64,000 nt of DNA from an uncultured Candidatus Actinomarina sp. (GCA_902593795.1 CACJJR010000003.1:89837-153836); one strand, 5' to 3'; counted from the stretch's first letter, positions 39,957 through 49,285 are shown. A program made the numbers and translations. Notes: generated from the sequence alone by a model not told the origin.

Positions 39957-41065
39957 GACGCAGACCAGACTTATATATTAGCTACAGAGATGAAACAGCT
40001 ATTCTTAAAAACAACACTCATAGAGTCATAGCTCTTATTATTGCTTCAGCACTATTAATACTTGGTTATGTAGCAGACGACTATTGGATACTGCTTCTTT
40101 CAGCATCAATCTTTTTAACAATTGCTACTTGGGGATTAAATATTGTATCTGGAATGGCTGGACAAATATCTTTGGCTCACGGATTTTTTGTAGCTGTAGG
40201 TACATATACTGCAGCAGTCGTAGGAGGCTTTTCAACAGAATTTCCTAATAAAATTATTGGCTATGAATTAGATATGATTATTTGGCTACCTCTTGCAGGG
40301 ATTGTAGCAGCAGGTGTTGGTTTGATTATTGCACCTCTTGCAGTCAGATTAAAAGGGTTAAATTTAGCTTTAGTCAGTATTGGAATAGTTTATATTGGTT
40401 CATATATTTTATCTAACCTAAAGACGGTAACTGGTGGGGCTGGCCTTGGTCGAAAAACTGCAGGATATACGATTCTAGGTGTAAATTTTAAAGATGGATT
40501 AGAAATTGGATCACTAATTTTTACAAAGAATCAAGTTCTTTATTACATAGGACTTTTAGTTGCGTTATTACTTGGTATTGGAGTTAAAAATTTACTCCGC
40601 TCAAAAATAGGAAGAGCTTATGCTGCAATTAGAGATAGAGATATTGCTGCAGAAGCAATTGGGATTAATTTAGCAAGATTTAAAGCATCAGCTTTTGCAT
40701 TATCTAGTTTTTACGCAGGAGTAGCTGGAGCTTTAATGTTTTCTACAATTGGCGCAGTTGATGTAGAGAGGTTTGGATTATTATTCTCAGTCACTTTCAT
40801 AGCTATTGTAGTTATTGGAGGTGTTGGAACAGTCATGGGCCCAATATTTGGAAGTATATTTTTTGGATTAATGCCTGGAATTATAAAATTTGTCATTGAT
40901 CATTCAGAGTTTATAAGAGATAGTATCCCATTAAATGCTGCACAAATTGAAAGAGTTATATTTGGATTATTCATTGTAGGCTTCCTTATGTTTGAACCAA
41001 GAGGGCTGTGGGGTGTTTGGTTTAGGTTACGTAATTATTTTAAAGCTTGGCCTTTTTCCTACTAA
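39953..41065 (+). CDS. livM: branched-chain amino-acid-type ABC transporter permease (LivM-like)
   Basis: 370-aa polytopic membrane protein of the LivM family (GQISLAHGFF). Confidence 0.85.
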   Translation: MRRRPDLYISYRDETAILKNNTHRVIALIIASALLILGYVADDYWILLLSASIFLTIATWGLNIVSGMAGQISLAHGFFVAVGTYTAAVVGGFSTEFPNKIIGYELDMIIWLPLAGIVAAGVGLIIAPLAVRLKGLNLALVSIGIVYIGSYILSNLKTVTGGAGLGRKTAGYTILGVNFKDGLEIGSLIFTKNQVLYYIGLLVALLLGIGVKNLLRSKIGRAYAAIRDRDIAAEAIGINLARFKASAFALSSFYAGVAGALMFSTIGAVDVERFGLLFSVTFIAIVVIGGVGTVMGPIFGSIFFGLMPGIIKFVIDHSEFIRDSIPLNAAQIERVIFGLFIVGFLMFEPRGLWGVWFRLRNYFKAWPFSY

Positions 41066-41121
41066 GTTAGAATTCATTCGCTATCCTTATAGCATTAGTA
41101 CTAATAATTTAAAGGGGGGAT

Positions 41122-42519
41122 ATGAAATCGTTGCGTAAGCAAGGAATGATTATATTCATAGCATTCGCTCTTGTTTTAAGTGCTTGTGGTGGTGACGCTG
41201 CTGAAGAAGAGGTTGTTGTAGAAACAACTCCTGAAGTTGTAGAAACTTTAGACTCTCCTGCAGTCACAACCGCACAAACTGTTAAAACAGGTGTCGGTGT
41301 TACAGAGGAAGCTTGTCCAGCTGCATATGCAGCACTTGGGACACAGGTTCCTACAATGGCTGACCCAGATAAAGGATGTATTTATTTAGGTTTACTAAAT
41401 GACTACACAGGTCCTTTCGCAGCCGCGGGTCCTGCACTAGAAGGGGCTCAAAGAGCATTCTGGTTGTGGGTTAACTCAACTGGTGGAATTGGAGACTACA
41501 GCGTAGCTATTGTTGATGGCTACGATACCCAATACAATCCAGCAAAAATGATTGAAGGTTTTGCATTACAAAAAGATGATGTAGCAGCTTTTGCTATGAC
41601 ACTTGGTAGTGTACAAACACAATTTATTCTTGAGGCAATGGATGAAAGTGATACAATATCAGCTCCTATGAGCTGGTGGTCAGGTTGGTCATATAAATCA
41701 GCTGACAAAGGTCTAGCAATTGAGTTTGGATCTTCATATTGTGCACAGGGTATGAACATTGTTGATTGGGGAGTAGAAAACTTGCCAGTACCAATTAAAA
41801 AAATAGGTCTTATAGCTTATGTAAATCCTGGATATGCAGATGATTATTTTGCCGGTGTTAAAGCAGCAGCAACAGTAAATGGAATTGAGATAGTCTGGGA
41901 GTATGTACCCCCAGTTACTGAATTCGATGTTGCAGCAGCAGTTGGCTTAATGGCTACACAACCAGTTGATGCAGTCTATATGGCGACAGATCCGACAAGA
42001 ACAAGCCAAATATCTGGTGGAGCAGCACAGTTAGGAGTAGTACCTCTTACATTTATGGCAGCACCAGCATTTAATGAGGCTTTTGTTGCGGATGGTTCAC
42101 CTATTCAAGCATTGTTTACTTCAGGTGCTTTTTATACAGCAGCTTGGATTGATCCATATGAAGCAAACACACCAGGTCATGCAGCTATGCGTGCAACTTG
42201 GTCAGGAGCAATGGGGCAAACCTCAGCTAGCTCCTACGTAGTTGCTGGATGGTCTTCACAGTATCACCTAAAAGGTGTTCTTGAAGCAGCAGTCAAAGGT
42301 GGAGATCTAACTAAAGCAGGTATCAGAAGGGCAGCAGAAAATGTAAATGTTGATTCTGATGGTATGATGCCAGTTAGAACATTAGGTGTAAGTAAAGCTG
42401 AAACTTCCACTTCAATTACAGCGCCGGACGCTAGCATAGCTAGTGGTACAAGATTAGTTAAAGCTAACTATTCTGGTCCTACCGCCGCATCTCACGATTG
42501 GTCAAAACCTTGCGCCTAA
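41122..42519 (+). CDS. ABC transporter substrate-binding lipoprotein (Leu/Ile/Val-binding-protein superfamily), ligand unknown
   Basis: 465 aa with lipobox LVLSACGG and an acidic linker. It is the last gene of the liv-type operon. Its codon and amino-acid composition is visibly richer in G+C and in Ala/Gly/Val than neighbouring genes. Confidence 0.75.
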   Translation: MKSLRKQGMIIFIAFALVLSACGGDAAEEEVVVETTPEVVETLDSPAVTTAQTVKTGVGVTEEACPAAYAALGTQVPTMADPDKGCIYLGLLNDYTGPFAAAGPALEGAQRAFWLWVNSTGGIGDYSVAIVDGYDTQYNPAKMIEGFALQKDDVAAFAMTLGSVQTQFILEAMDESDTISAPMSWWSGWSYKSADKGLAIEFGSSYCAQGMNIVDWGVENLPVPIKKIGLIAYVNPGYADDYFAGVKAAATVNGIEIVWEYVPPVTEFDVAAAVGLMATQPVDAVYMATDPTRTSQISGGAAQLGVVPLTFMAAPAFNEAFVADGSPIQALFTSGAFYTAAWIDPYEANTPGHAAMRATWSGAMGQTSASSYVVAGWSSQYHLKGVLEAAVKGGDLTKAGIRRAAENVNVDSDGMMPVRTLGVSKAETSTSITAPDASIASGTRLVKANYSGPTAASHDWSKPCA

Positions 42520-42535
42520 CGTGAATTAATAATTT

Positions 42536-42570
42536 AAAAAGAGCCAGGTCTAACCTGGCTCTTTTTTTTA
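42536..42570 (+). terminator. rho-independent terminator after the ABC operon
   Basis: Stem GAGCCAGG / CCTGGCTC (42541-42548 / 42554-42561) with a 5-nt loop, flanked by AAAAA and TTTTTTTT. Confidence 0.85.
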
Positions 42571-42599
42571 TATCTAGATGGTGAATACAATAGAACTCT

Positions 42600-43613
42600 A
42601 TGCTTAGTAGATTATCCAAGACGCGTAAGGTTCTTTTAATAATATTGATAGCTTTAATGCCTATAGGTTTAATTAAAACTGATTATTATTTTATGTCCCC
42701 CGGCCCACCTTATCAATGGGAAATTGATTATGATACTTTAGATAATTACCCATTTGAAGGTAATCTTTACCAACTCACAGTTCGTAGGGATGAGGCAAAT
42801 ATATTCGTATATGCGTGGTCTTTATTAAACGATTCTTATGATTTGTATCCACGCGCAATAATTCTACCTGATGGCGTGACACCAAAAGAATTAAGTGAAA
42901 TAAGCATTCAAAATATGAGAACATCTGAAAATGTGGCAATAGCAGTAGCATTAAAAAATATTGGATATGATATTGAATCAAAAGGAGATGGAGTATCAGT
43001 AGTTGGTATACTCGATGATTCTCCAGTTCAAAATAAACTTAAAAAAGGAGATTTGCTTAATTCAATTAATGCTATTGAAATTTCATCTGCTTCAGAATTT
43101 ATCTCAACTTTAAGAACTTACAACATAGGAGAAACTGTATCAATTGGACTACTAAGGGAAGTTAAAGGAAATCTTGAACAACTTTATATTGAGACAACTT
43201 TGATTGAACATGTAGAGTACGAGGGAGAGCCTATGGTTGGTTTTCTTGCTACAACAGTTAATGAAAGATTCGATTTTCCTTTTGAAGTAGATATTAAAAC
43301 TGGAAATGTTGGGGGTCCTTCTGCTGGTTTAATGATGGCTCTTAATGTTTATAACAATTTAATACCTGAAGATATTACTAACTCAATGATTATCGCTGGA
43401 ACTGGAACTATAGAGATTGATGGTTCTGTTGGACCAGTTGGTGGCATAAAGCAAAAAATTATTGCAGCTAAACGTGCTGGAGCAGAATTAATAATTGTGC
43501 CCGTTGCTAACTTTGAAGAGGCTAAAGTTTTTGAGACAGACAAAACAGCAATCGTGGAAGTTGATTCCTTTGCAGAAGCGTTATCAGTAATTTCACAGTA
43601 TAGTTCCCGTTAA
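42600..43613 (+). CDS. PDZ domain-containing Lon-like (S16) serine protease
   Basis: 337 aa with an N-terminal TM helix, a central PDZ domain and a C-terminal Lon catalytic domain (GNVGGPSAGLMMAL Ser, GGIKQKIIAAKRAG Lys). Confidence 0.85.
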   Translation: MLSRLSKTRKVLLIILIALMPIGLIKTDYYFMSPGPPYQWEIDYDTLDNYPFEGNLYQLTVRRDEANIFVYAWSLLNDSYDLYPRAIILPDGVTPKELSEISIQNMRTSENVAIAVALKNIGYDIESKGDGVSVVGILDDSPVQNKLKKGDLLNSINAIEISSASEFISTLRTYNIGETVSIGLLREVKGNLEQLYIETTLIEHVEYEGEPMVGFLATTVNERFDFPFEVDIKTGNVGGPSAGLMMALNVYNNLIPEDITNSMIIAGTGTIEIDGSVGPVGGIKQKIIAAKRAGAELIIVPVANFEEAKVFETDKTAIVEVDSFAEALSVISQYSSR

Positions 43614-43639
43614 ACACGAGACATAAATAATATAGATAT

Positions 43640-46453
43640 ATGGTAAATATTGGCGGGGCAAATACAGGTAACGATAGAAGGGGACTATCCTTTTTAGTTT
43701 TTGTTGGAATCATAGGATTTTCAATTGCTAGAGCTGTTGCTACATTTTTTACAAATTATTTATGGTTTGACTCTGTAGATTTAAATTCTGTTTGGTTAAA
43801 GATACTTATAACTAAATCAGCCCTGGTTGCAGCTACATCCCTTTTAGCTTTTGCATTTATTTTTATAAACCTAAGGCTTGCAGTACGTGCAACTCCAGTA
43901 ATGGATATTTTTGAATCTTTTGATTCACAAGATCCACTATCTCGTTTTAGAGAATTTGTTAACGAAAGATTTTTAAAATATAGACTTTGGGGTGCAATAG
44001 GCCTTTCCTTATTTCTTGGTGCGGGTGCTTCACAATTGTGGGAGCAGGTTTTATTATTTTTAAATCAAAAATCTTTTGGAGTAACTGATCCAATTTTCCA
44101 AAATGATATTTCAAGTTATGTTTTTGGGTTACCTTTGTATAGATTATTTGTGTCTTGGGGATTTCAATTAGTTATCTTTACTTCAGTAATAATTATTTTA
44201 TTTTTTATAGCTACTGGTGCACTTCAACTTCGACCTGGAAGATTACCTGAGGTTAGCAGCGGTGCGAAAGCACATTTGTCAGTCCTTCTTGCATTTGTAG
44301 CTGTACTCAAAGCTTTTGCGTATAGATTAGATTCTATGGAGTTACTTTACTCACCTAGGGGTAAAGTCTTTGGAGCTAGCTATACAGACGCTGTAGCCCA
44401 TCTCCCTGCCTTAAATTTACTAATTCTAATCTCTTTATTTGGTGCAATATTGCTTTTAGTCAACATTAAAAGAAGAGGATGGCTACTTCCTGCAACTGCA
44501 ATTAGTTTATGGTTGGCAGTTTCAATTATTGTTGGAGGAGTTGTTCCAGCAGCAATTCAAAGATTTAGAGTTCTACCTGACGAGCTGAATAAAGAACTTC
44601 CTTATGTAGAAAATCATATAGATTACACAAGACTTGCGTACGGACTTGATAGCATCGAAGAAAAATCGTTTGAGGCTTCTCCTAACTTAACAGACGATGA
44701 CATATCTGATAATTCTCAAACTGTAGACAATATTAGATTATGGGATCCTACAGTCCTAGCTGAAACCTATAGTCAGCTTCAAGAAATCAGAGCATATTAT
44801 GCATTAGATGAGGTCGATGTCGATCGTTATAAAATAAACGGTGAGTTGACTCAGGTAATGGTTTCAGCAAGAGAATTAGATCAAACAAACCTTCCAGCTG
44901 TTGGTTGGGTTAATGAAAGACTTCAATACACACACGGATATGGTGTAGTTTTTAGTCCAGCAAACAATGTTGCAAGTCAGGGCCAACCAGATTTTTACGT
45001 AAAGGGCGTTCCTGCAACAACTACAGTTAGTGAACTTGAAATAGACCAACCTAGAATATATTTTGGTGAGTCAGCTGAGTCAGTTGAGTATGTGGTTGTA
45101 AATTCTTTGCAAGAAGAAGTCGATTATCCACTGTCTACGGAAGGTCAATCAGTTGCTTATACTAATTACTCTGGAGATGGTGGGGTAGGTATAGGTTCAT
45201 TCTTCAGAAGACTTGGATTTGCACTCAGATATAGTGAACTAAACCTATTAATTTCGAATCAGCTTTCTGACGATTCTAAATTAATTATGGAGAGAAACGT
45301 AGTTAGTAGAGTTAAAAAAGCTGCCCCATTTCTTTATACAGACAACGATCCATACTTAGCATTAATAGAGGGAAATTTGTTTTGGATAATCGATATGTAC
45401 ACAGTTTCTGACAAATATCCTTATGCACAACCTGCTGATACCAGACGAATAAATGAAAACTCAGGTCTTCCTATTAACTTTAATTATCTTAGAAATTCAG
45501 TTAAAGCAGTAGTAAATGCATATGATGGAACATTAAATTTTTATGTTGTTGATGAAAACGATCCTTTAATTGCTACTTATAATGATATTTTTCCAAATCT
45601 ATTTTCACCAAAAAGCTCAATGAGCTCAGATCTTTTAGACCATATAAGATATCCTGAAGATCTTTTTACAATTCAATCCGATATGTATAGAGATTATCAT
45701 ATGACAGATCCAAGAGTTTTTTATGCTGATGAAGATCCGTGGGTAATACCTTCTGATTCATCAACTACACCTAGGGTTGCTACTTTAAGAGGTGAGTTTA
45801 CAGAAATAGGTTTCAAGCCAATGCTTCCTTACTACTTGCTTATGAGCTTGCCTGGCGAGAGTGATTTAAGCTATTTAATTTTTCAACCTTTCAATCCTGA
45901 AAATAGACCTAATATGCAGTCTTTCCTAGTTGCAGATGCAGATCCTGAAAATTATGGTCAACTTATCGACTTTAGGTTGCCAAAAGGTGAATTTGTAGAT
46001 GGGCCAAGTCAGGTAGCTACCAGGATCAATCAGGATCCAGATATTTCTCAAATATTTACTCTCCTTGATCAACAAGGCTCAAGTGTTATAAAAGGTAATT
46101 TGTTTGTTGTACCGATTAATCAGTCTATTCTTTATTACCAACCAATATATCTCCAAGGTGAACAGAATCCTTTGCCTGAATTTAAATTTGTAGTAGTTGT
46201 ATTCCAAGACAGAATAATTATGGAGGAATCTCTATCTGAGGCTTTGGAAAGTATTTTTGGTGGTGACTTCGCAAGCGATCAAGTCGAAGATACAGAGGGT
46301 GAAAGCGCACTCGAACTTCTTGACAAAGCTACTAGGGCATTCGAAAAAGCCCAGCAAGAATTACAAAATGGAAACTTGGGATCGTATCAAGATTTAGTAG
46401 AACAAGCACAACAATATGTTGATCTTGCTTTGGAAATTTTAAATAACAATTAA
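43640..46453 (+). CDS. UPF0182-family large membrane protein
   Basis: 937 aa with about 7 N-terminal TM helices and a large extracytoplasmic domain. It pairs with the Lon-PDZ protease, which I recall as the arrangement in mycobacteria (Rv3193c/Rv3194c). Confidence 0.75.
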   Translation: MVNIGGANTGNDRRGLSFLVFVGIIGFSIARAVATFFTNYLWFDSVDLNSVWLKILITKSALVAATSLLAFAFIFINLRLAVRATPVMDIFESFDSQDPLSRFREFVNERFLKYRLWGAIGLSLFLGAGASQLWEQVLLFLNQKSFGVTDPIFQNDISSYVFGLPLYRLFVSWGFQLVIFTSVIIILFFIATGALQLRPGRLPEVSSGAKAHLSVLLAFVAVLKAFAYRLDSMELLYSPRGKVFGASYTDAVAHLPALNLLILISLFGAILLLVNIKRRGWLLPATAISLWLAVSIIVGGVVPAAIQRFRVLPDELNKELPYVENHIDYTRLAYGLDSIEEKSFEASPNLTDDDISDNSQTVDNIRLWDPTVLAETYSQLQEIRAYYALDEVDVDRYKINGELTQVMVSARELDQTNLPAVGWVNERLQYTHGYGVVFSPANNVASQGQPDFYVKGVPATTTVSELEIDQPRIYFGESAESVEYVVVNSLQEEVDYPLSTEGQSVAYTNYSGDGGVGIGSFFRRLGFALRYSELNLLISNQLSDDSKLIMERNVVSRVKKAAPFLYTDNDPYLALIEGNLFWIIDMYTVSDKYPYAQPADTRRINENSGLPINFNYLRNSVKAVVNAYDGTLNFYVVDENDPLIATYNDIFPNLFSPKSSMSSDLLDHIRYPEDLFTIQSDMYRDYHMTDPRVFYADEDPWVIPSDSSTTPRVATLRGEFTEIGFKPMLPYYLLMSLPGESDLSYLIFQPFNPENRPNMQSFLVADADPENYGQLIDFRLPKGEFVDGPSQVATRINQDPDISQIFTLLDQQGSSVIKGNLFVVPINQSILYYQPIYLQGEQNPLPEFKFVVVVFQDRIIMEESLSEALESIFGGDFASDQVEDTEGESALELLDKATRAFEKAQQELQNGNLGSYQDLVEQAQQYVDLALEILNNN

Positions 46454-46496
46454 ATTTCTTGAGTTTAAATCATTTCTTATTATTATGAGTATTCAG

Positions 46497-46573
46497 CGCG
46501 GGGTGGAGCAGTCTGGTAGCTCGCTGGGCTCATAACCCAGAGGTCGTAGGTTCAAATCCTACCCCCGCTACCA
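46497..46573 (+). tRNA. metU: initiator tRNA-fMet (anticodon CAT)
   Basis: 77-nt cloverleaf: CGCGGGG / D-arm GAGC...GCTC / anticodon stem with three G-C pairs GGG-CTCATAA-CCC / T-arm GTAGG-TTCAAAT-CCTAC / CCCCGCT-ACCA. The unpaired C1/U72 and the 3xGC anticodon stem are initiator hallmarks. CCA is encoded. Confidence 0.93.
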
Positions 46574-46575
46574 AT

Positions 46576-46713
46576 CTATCTTATAAAAAGATCTATTATT
46601 CTTTTTCTACCTGTAGAGGCTGCCAATAATTTTAAAGCAAATAATCCAGAAGCACCAAGGTAAGCTAAGCTTCCTAAAACTAAAAATATTCTCCAAAAAA
46701 TAATTGCGTCCAT
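46576..46713 (-). CDS. possible small membrane protein (45 aa)
   Basis: This ORF is not in the track. It encodes MDAIIFWRIFLVLGSLAYLGASGLFALKLLAASTGRKRIIDLFIR, one TM helix plus a basic tail. It lies 31 nt downstream of the TlpA-like gene on the same strand. No clear SD is present. Confidence 0.3.
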   Translation of the reverse strand: MDAIIFWRIFLVLGSLAYLGASGLFALKLLAASTGRKRIIDLFIR

Positions 46714-46744
46714 AATTAAATTATATACAGCTCATAAACAATGA

Positions 46745-47239
46745 CTATTTAGTTAAATCAATAATTTCATTTGAAGTAATCTCACCATTAATTGTATGGA
46801 TTATTATAAGATTTTTATCTAGTAGCAATGTAGTAGGAATACCAGACCAGCTGAATTGAGATAAGACAATATCTGATTCTTGCTCTTCTAAAATATTGTC
46901 ATACGTTACTTTATATTTTGAGATGAACTCAATACCGTTAGAGAGTGAATCATCAACAAGAATGCCAATTACTGTGATGTCTTTTTCTTGAGAAACTTTT
47001 ATTAGATCGTCAACTTCATTTTGACAGGGTATGCACCAGCTCGCCCAAAGATTTAAAACAATATAATCAGTTTGAATATTCTTTATATTTAATGAATCTA
47101 GTTTTTTTAATGACGACATTTCAATGCCATTGTTGATATCAGAAATATTATTTGTTTCTTCAAAAGAACTTGATGAATTAAAAATAGCAATACCAACAGT
47201 CACTGTTAGGAGTATTAATATAAAATTTCTTTTAATCAT
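46745..47239 (-). CDS. membrane-anchored thiol:disulfide oxidoreductase (TlpA/ResA-like thioredoxin)
   Basis: 164 aa with an N-terminal TM anchor and the WASWCIPCQNE active site. Confidence 0.85.
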   Translation of the reverse strand: MIKRNFILILLTVTVGIAIFNSSSSFEETNNISDINNGIEMSSLKKLDSLNIKNIQTDYIVLNLWASWCIPCQNEVDDLIKVSQEKDITVIGILVDDSLSNGIEFISKYKVTYDNILEEQESDIVLSQFSWSGIPTTLLLDKNLIIIHTINGEITSNEIIDLTK

Positions 47240-47245
47240 AATGTA

Positions 47246-48304
47246 ATGTTATTACCTAATATAAATACAATACTAAACATGGACATTGAAGATATTATTT
47301 ATCCAGGATTTAATCGAAGCCTCTCAGAATTAAATGCTATTACAAAACTAAAGAAAAAGTCATGTGAAATTTTAGACTTCACTGAAATAGAGTGGGTTAG
47401 AGACGTTTTAAAGCAAAGAATAAATGAAAATAATGATCTAGAAGTAAAATTTAAAGCACCATCTGAAAAAGAGATAGGTGAAGTTTCTCAAATTGTGGGC
47501 GCAAATATTGATATGGAAGAATTGAAAAATAACTTTCATAAAAATAAAAGAATTATAGGTATTACATCTGGTAAAGGCGGTGTAGGAAAATCAACAGTCA
47601 CTTCTTTGCTGGGTATTGCATTCGATGACCTTGGTAAAAAAGTTGGGATCCTTGATTCAGACATTTGGGGTTATTCTGTGCCAAAAATTTTGGGAGCTAA
47701 ATTCCCTCCAATACCATTTAATGAAAGGATATTTCCTTCCAAAATTAATAATTTAAGTGTTATTTCAATGGAGTATTTTGTTAAACAGGATGAAGCAGTT
47801 ATATGGAGGGGCCCAATGCTACATAAAGCTATTGAGCAATTCTTATTTGAAGTTTTATGGCAGGATATAGATATTTTGTTAATTGATATGCCACCAGGTA
47901 CTGGTGATGTGTCTATTTCATTATCACAATTTTTAAAATATTTTGAAAATATTGTTGTTACAACACCTCAAACTAATGCAACAATTGTTGCTGAACGATC
48001 AGGGATTATGTCTAAAAAAGTAAATGCGAGTATTATCGGAGTGATTGAAAACATGTCTTATATGGAAGTTGATAAGAACAAGTTATATCCATTTGGTAAA
48101 GATGGAGGAAAGAACCTTGCAAGTAAACTAGATGTACCTATTCTTGGCTCATTGCCTCTGCTAGAAGATATCACAGTATCTTCAGAGGGCAGTGATTTAT
48201 TTGCTTTTAAGAATAATCCACAATTTAAAAATATTATTGAAATTGCAAAAGAGATTTTGAAATTTCAACCAAAGAAAAAACCAATTGATTTAAAGATTAA
48301 TTAA
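47246..48304 (+). CDS. Mrp/ApbC/NBP35-family P-loop ATPase (no C-terminal CxxC)
   Basis: Contains a DUF59-like N-terminus and deviant Walker A GKGGVGKST, plus DMPPGTGD and IENMSY motifs. The usual CxxC after ENMS is absent, and the protein has only one Cys. ATG 47279 is an alternative start. Confidence 0.8.
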   Translation: MLLPNINTILNMDIEDIIYPGFNRSLSELNAITKLKKKSCEILDFTEIEWVRDVLKQRINENNDLEVKFKAPSEKEIGEVSQIVGANIDMEELKNNFHKNKRIIGITSGKGGVGKSTVTSLLGIAFDDLGKKVGILDSDIWGYSVPKILGAKFPPIPFNERIFPSKINNLSVISMEYFVKQDEAVIWRGPMLHKAIEQFLFEVLWQDIDILLIDMPPGTGDVSISLSQFLKYFENIVVTTPQTNATIVAERSGIMSKKVNASIIGVIENMSYMEVDKNKLYPFGKDGGKNLASKLDVPILGSLPLLEDITVSSEGSDLFAFKNNPQFKNIIEIAKEILKFQPKKKPIDLKIN

Positions 48305-49054
48305 ATATATTCCGATTGATATAAGTCCCATCAAAAAACAGTAAACAGAAAAAATATTTAATTTAGAACTTACGGTGAAGTTTATAAGAACTCGTATAGC
48401 AATTAAGCCTGAAAGAAATGCAGCAAAGCTTGGAATTATTAATGAGGTGTTTATAGGATCTGAGCTCTGAATAAAAGTAAGCAACCAAGCACCAAAGATT
48501 GTCGGCAAGCCAAGAAGTAAAGAAAAGAATATAGCCTCAGTTTTTTTTAATTTTAGGTACAAGGCGGTACTGAGTGTAATGCCTGATCTAGAGACCCCAG
48601 GAAATAAAGCAAGTGCCTGAGCAAAACCAATTAGCAGGGATTCTTTAATTGTAAGATCTAAAACACTTTTGTTACCCTCATCTAATTTATCAGCAAAATA
48701 TAAAATAACTCCAATAAAAATATAGGCAATAGATGTTATTGCTAAAATTGCACTGCTTTCGTCAATTATTGTACTTATTGGTAAGAACAGTCCAAAGGCC
48801 GCTGCTGGAACGATACCTACGAGTATAAGTTTTGATATTTTGATAAAGGTATCTTTATTTTTCAAAATAGAGACAATATCTTTTAGATAAAATATCAAAA
48901 TTGAAAAAAATGTACCGAGGTGTAAAAATGCAATTTCGTAAGTACTTAAATTATTGCTATTAAATATTTCAGATAAAATAACTAAGTGACCACTTGAAGA
49001 AATTGGAAGAAATTCAGTGATTCCTTGTACGATTCCAAAAAAAAGATCAATCAT
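48290..49054 (-). CDS. uppP: undecaprenyl-diphosphate phosphatase
   Basis: 254 aa with the GITEFLPISSSGHL motif and a polytopic BacA-family profile. Confidence 0.92.
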   Translation of the reverse strand: MIDLFFGIVQGITEFLPISSSGHLVILSEIFNSNNLSTYEIAFLHLGTFFSILIFYLKDIVSILKNKDTFIKISKLILVGIVPAAAFGLFLPISTIIDESSAILAITSIAYIFIGVILYFADKLDEGNKSVLDLTIKESLLIGFAQALALFPGVSRSGITLSTALYLKLKKTEAIFFSLLLGLPTIFGAWLLTFIQSSDPINTSLIIPSFAAFLSGLIAIRVLINFTVSSKLNIFSVYCFLMGLISIGIYLINL

Positions 49055-49208
49055 AATTAATTGTTGAAAAATGCCATCCCTGACATATTGTACATAAATA
49101 TATTCTAAATTTTTTGTTGTATTCTTTTTCTACAAACAATCTTTCTTGTCTTGCTTCATTTTCAGAAGAAAACCTTCTTTTGTTTGAGCATTTAGGTGTA
49201 TTGTTCAT
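49047..49208 (-). CDS. small Cys-rich (zinc-ribbon-like) protein, 53 aa
   Basis: This ORF is not in the track. It encodes MNNTPKCSNKRRFSSENEARQERLFVEKEYNKKFRIYLCTICQGWHFSTINYD, with Cys7 ... Cys39-x2-Cys42-x3-His46. Its stop overlaps the uppP start (TATGATTGA), which suggests translational coupling. Confidence 0.5.
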   Translation of the reverse strand: MNNTPKCSNKRRFSSENEARQERLFVEKEYNKKFRIYLCTICQGWHFSTINYD

Positions 49209-49285
49209 TCAGTTATTACATTAAATTTGTAAATTGTATAAACGAGCTATATCTTATTTATTTTCAATCAATTAAACTCATATAA

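Noticed and set aside
46454-46744. Possible integration hotspot or genomic island next to the initiator tRNA.
   Set aside because: There is no integrase, no direct repeat of the tRNA 3-prime end, and the flanking genes are housekeeping. Only a tentative 45-aa membrane ORF is present.
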